Assembly (NCBI GenBank): GCA_963792965.1
Contig: CAWBYW010000007.1
Coordinates: 658,177 to 722,176, forward strand
From: an uncultured delta proteobacterium
Lineage (GTDB): Bacteria; Desulfobacterota; Zymogenia; Zymogenales; Zymogenaceae
Direction: 5' to 3'
DNA: 64,000 bases
Shown here: positions 63,153-64,000 of the stretch, piece by piece
Position numbering within the stretch: the stretch's first letter is position 1
Layout: each line of letters begins with the position of its first letter
The notes under the pieces: model-generated
Seen by the model: the letters and a program-made list of their open reading frames with translations, nothing else
Database searches by the model: none
What the model was told of the DNA's origin: nothing
Position numbers and translations under genes: made by a program

Positions 63153-64000
63153 ATGAAGATCACGATCAGGAACCAGGATCGTTGCCGGTCTCCTCGCCCT
63201 CCTGCTCTTGATGGGGGGGTTGGCCGTTTTCCTTGCCTCCGAGGTGAGGAGGTCGACGGAACAGGCGATCAGCGGCTCCTCCATCATCGCGGCCGACGAG
63301 ATCCTCACGCGGATCAACAGGGACATCTACACCAAGATCGAGGGTCTTCAGACCTACACGTACACGCCCGTTCCGCGGGGATTCGTGATAGCGTCCAACG
63401 GGGCGTTTGACGCCATCCCGAACGTCGAGTCATACGTCGCCGAAAACGACAGGGAATGGAAGGCGGCCGGGTCGAGAGAGACCACGCCGTTCATGCGTGA
63501 GCTGATCCAAAACGATCTATCGAGGCGCCTAAAGAACCTTTTCATAGGATTCTACGAGCAGAAATACGGATACCGAATATGGGTACGGGCTTCGGTTACC
63601 AATAAGTACGGGGCAACCATTGCGTTGACGGACAGGACCCCGGCGTACAGACAGGACGGCGAGGCATGGTGGAAGTCCGCCCGAGACAACGGATTTTTCG
63701 TCAGCGGGATCCGTTATGATGATCTGAGTCGAACAAACGTCGTCGATATCGCCGCAAGGATCGATGACGACGGCGGGCATTTCATCGGGGTCATACTCGG
63801 GAGCATCGACATCCTCGGGATCGCCCGGGATGTGGAAATCTCGCTCAAGCAGTACCCTTCCACGGTGGTCCGGCTCGTGACAACCGACGGGCGGCTGGCC
63901 TATTCCACGGAGGCCTTCAAACCCCTGGAAGACATATCGAAAAAGGAGTTCTTCGCCCACATCAAAGGGAAAGAAGGCAGCTTTATCGCGAAAGAAGGGG
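63153..64000 (+). CDS. membrane sensor with Cache-like extracytoplasmic domain, 3' truncated; frameshift near 63170
   Basis: After one indel: RIVAGLLALLLLMGGLAVF TM, then VTNKYG, WWKSA, FIGVI Cache-like motifs, open to the window end. Confidence 0.65.

Noticed and set aside
1471-63163. Many long antisense or alternate-frame ORFs (e.g. 1471-2478, 35455-36615, 41187-42590, 62159-63163)
   Set aside because: Shadows of real genes in GC-rich DNA; no motifs or RBS.

Overview
GC-rich bacterial chromosomal segment; gene content and order suggest a deltaproteobacterium-like anaerobe (inference only). No rRNA, tRNA, CRISPR array, prophage or transposase was recognised. From left to right: flavin/Fe-S oxidoreductases; an amino-sugar catabolic operon (AAC(3)-family acetyltransferase, SIS, MFS, kinase, ceramidase-like, nagA) with a perfect CRP-type box upstream; MoxR/VWA; a chrA plus extended ars cluster (arsR, arsP-like, ArsE/F/G-like, DGC, FmdE, TauE, thioredoxin, acr3); an Rrf2 Fe-S unit; a gph-GH153-UshA-like-mobAB unit; arsN2; TetR/hydrolase; housekeeping rplM-rpsI-argC-mfd-3xPPIase-PBP1A; a receiver-rich signalling cluster with a ~1560-aa multi-PAS hybrid kinase; LPS-type glycosyltransferases; and a binding protein/sensor pair. 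The most notable signals are two in-frame TGA codons missed by the ORF track. Each sits at a Cys-type position and is followed by a similar SECIS-like hairpin: one in a secreted UshA-like protein (CGU motif) and one in the arsenic-linked acetyltransferase ArsN2 (LUPDSA in place of LCPxSA). Many genes, including housekeeping ones, carry single-base frameshifts that look like assembly indel errors.
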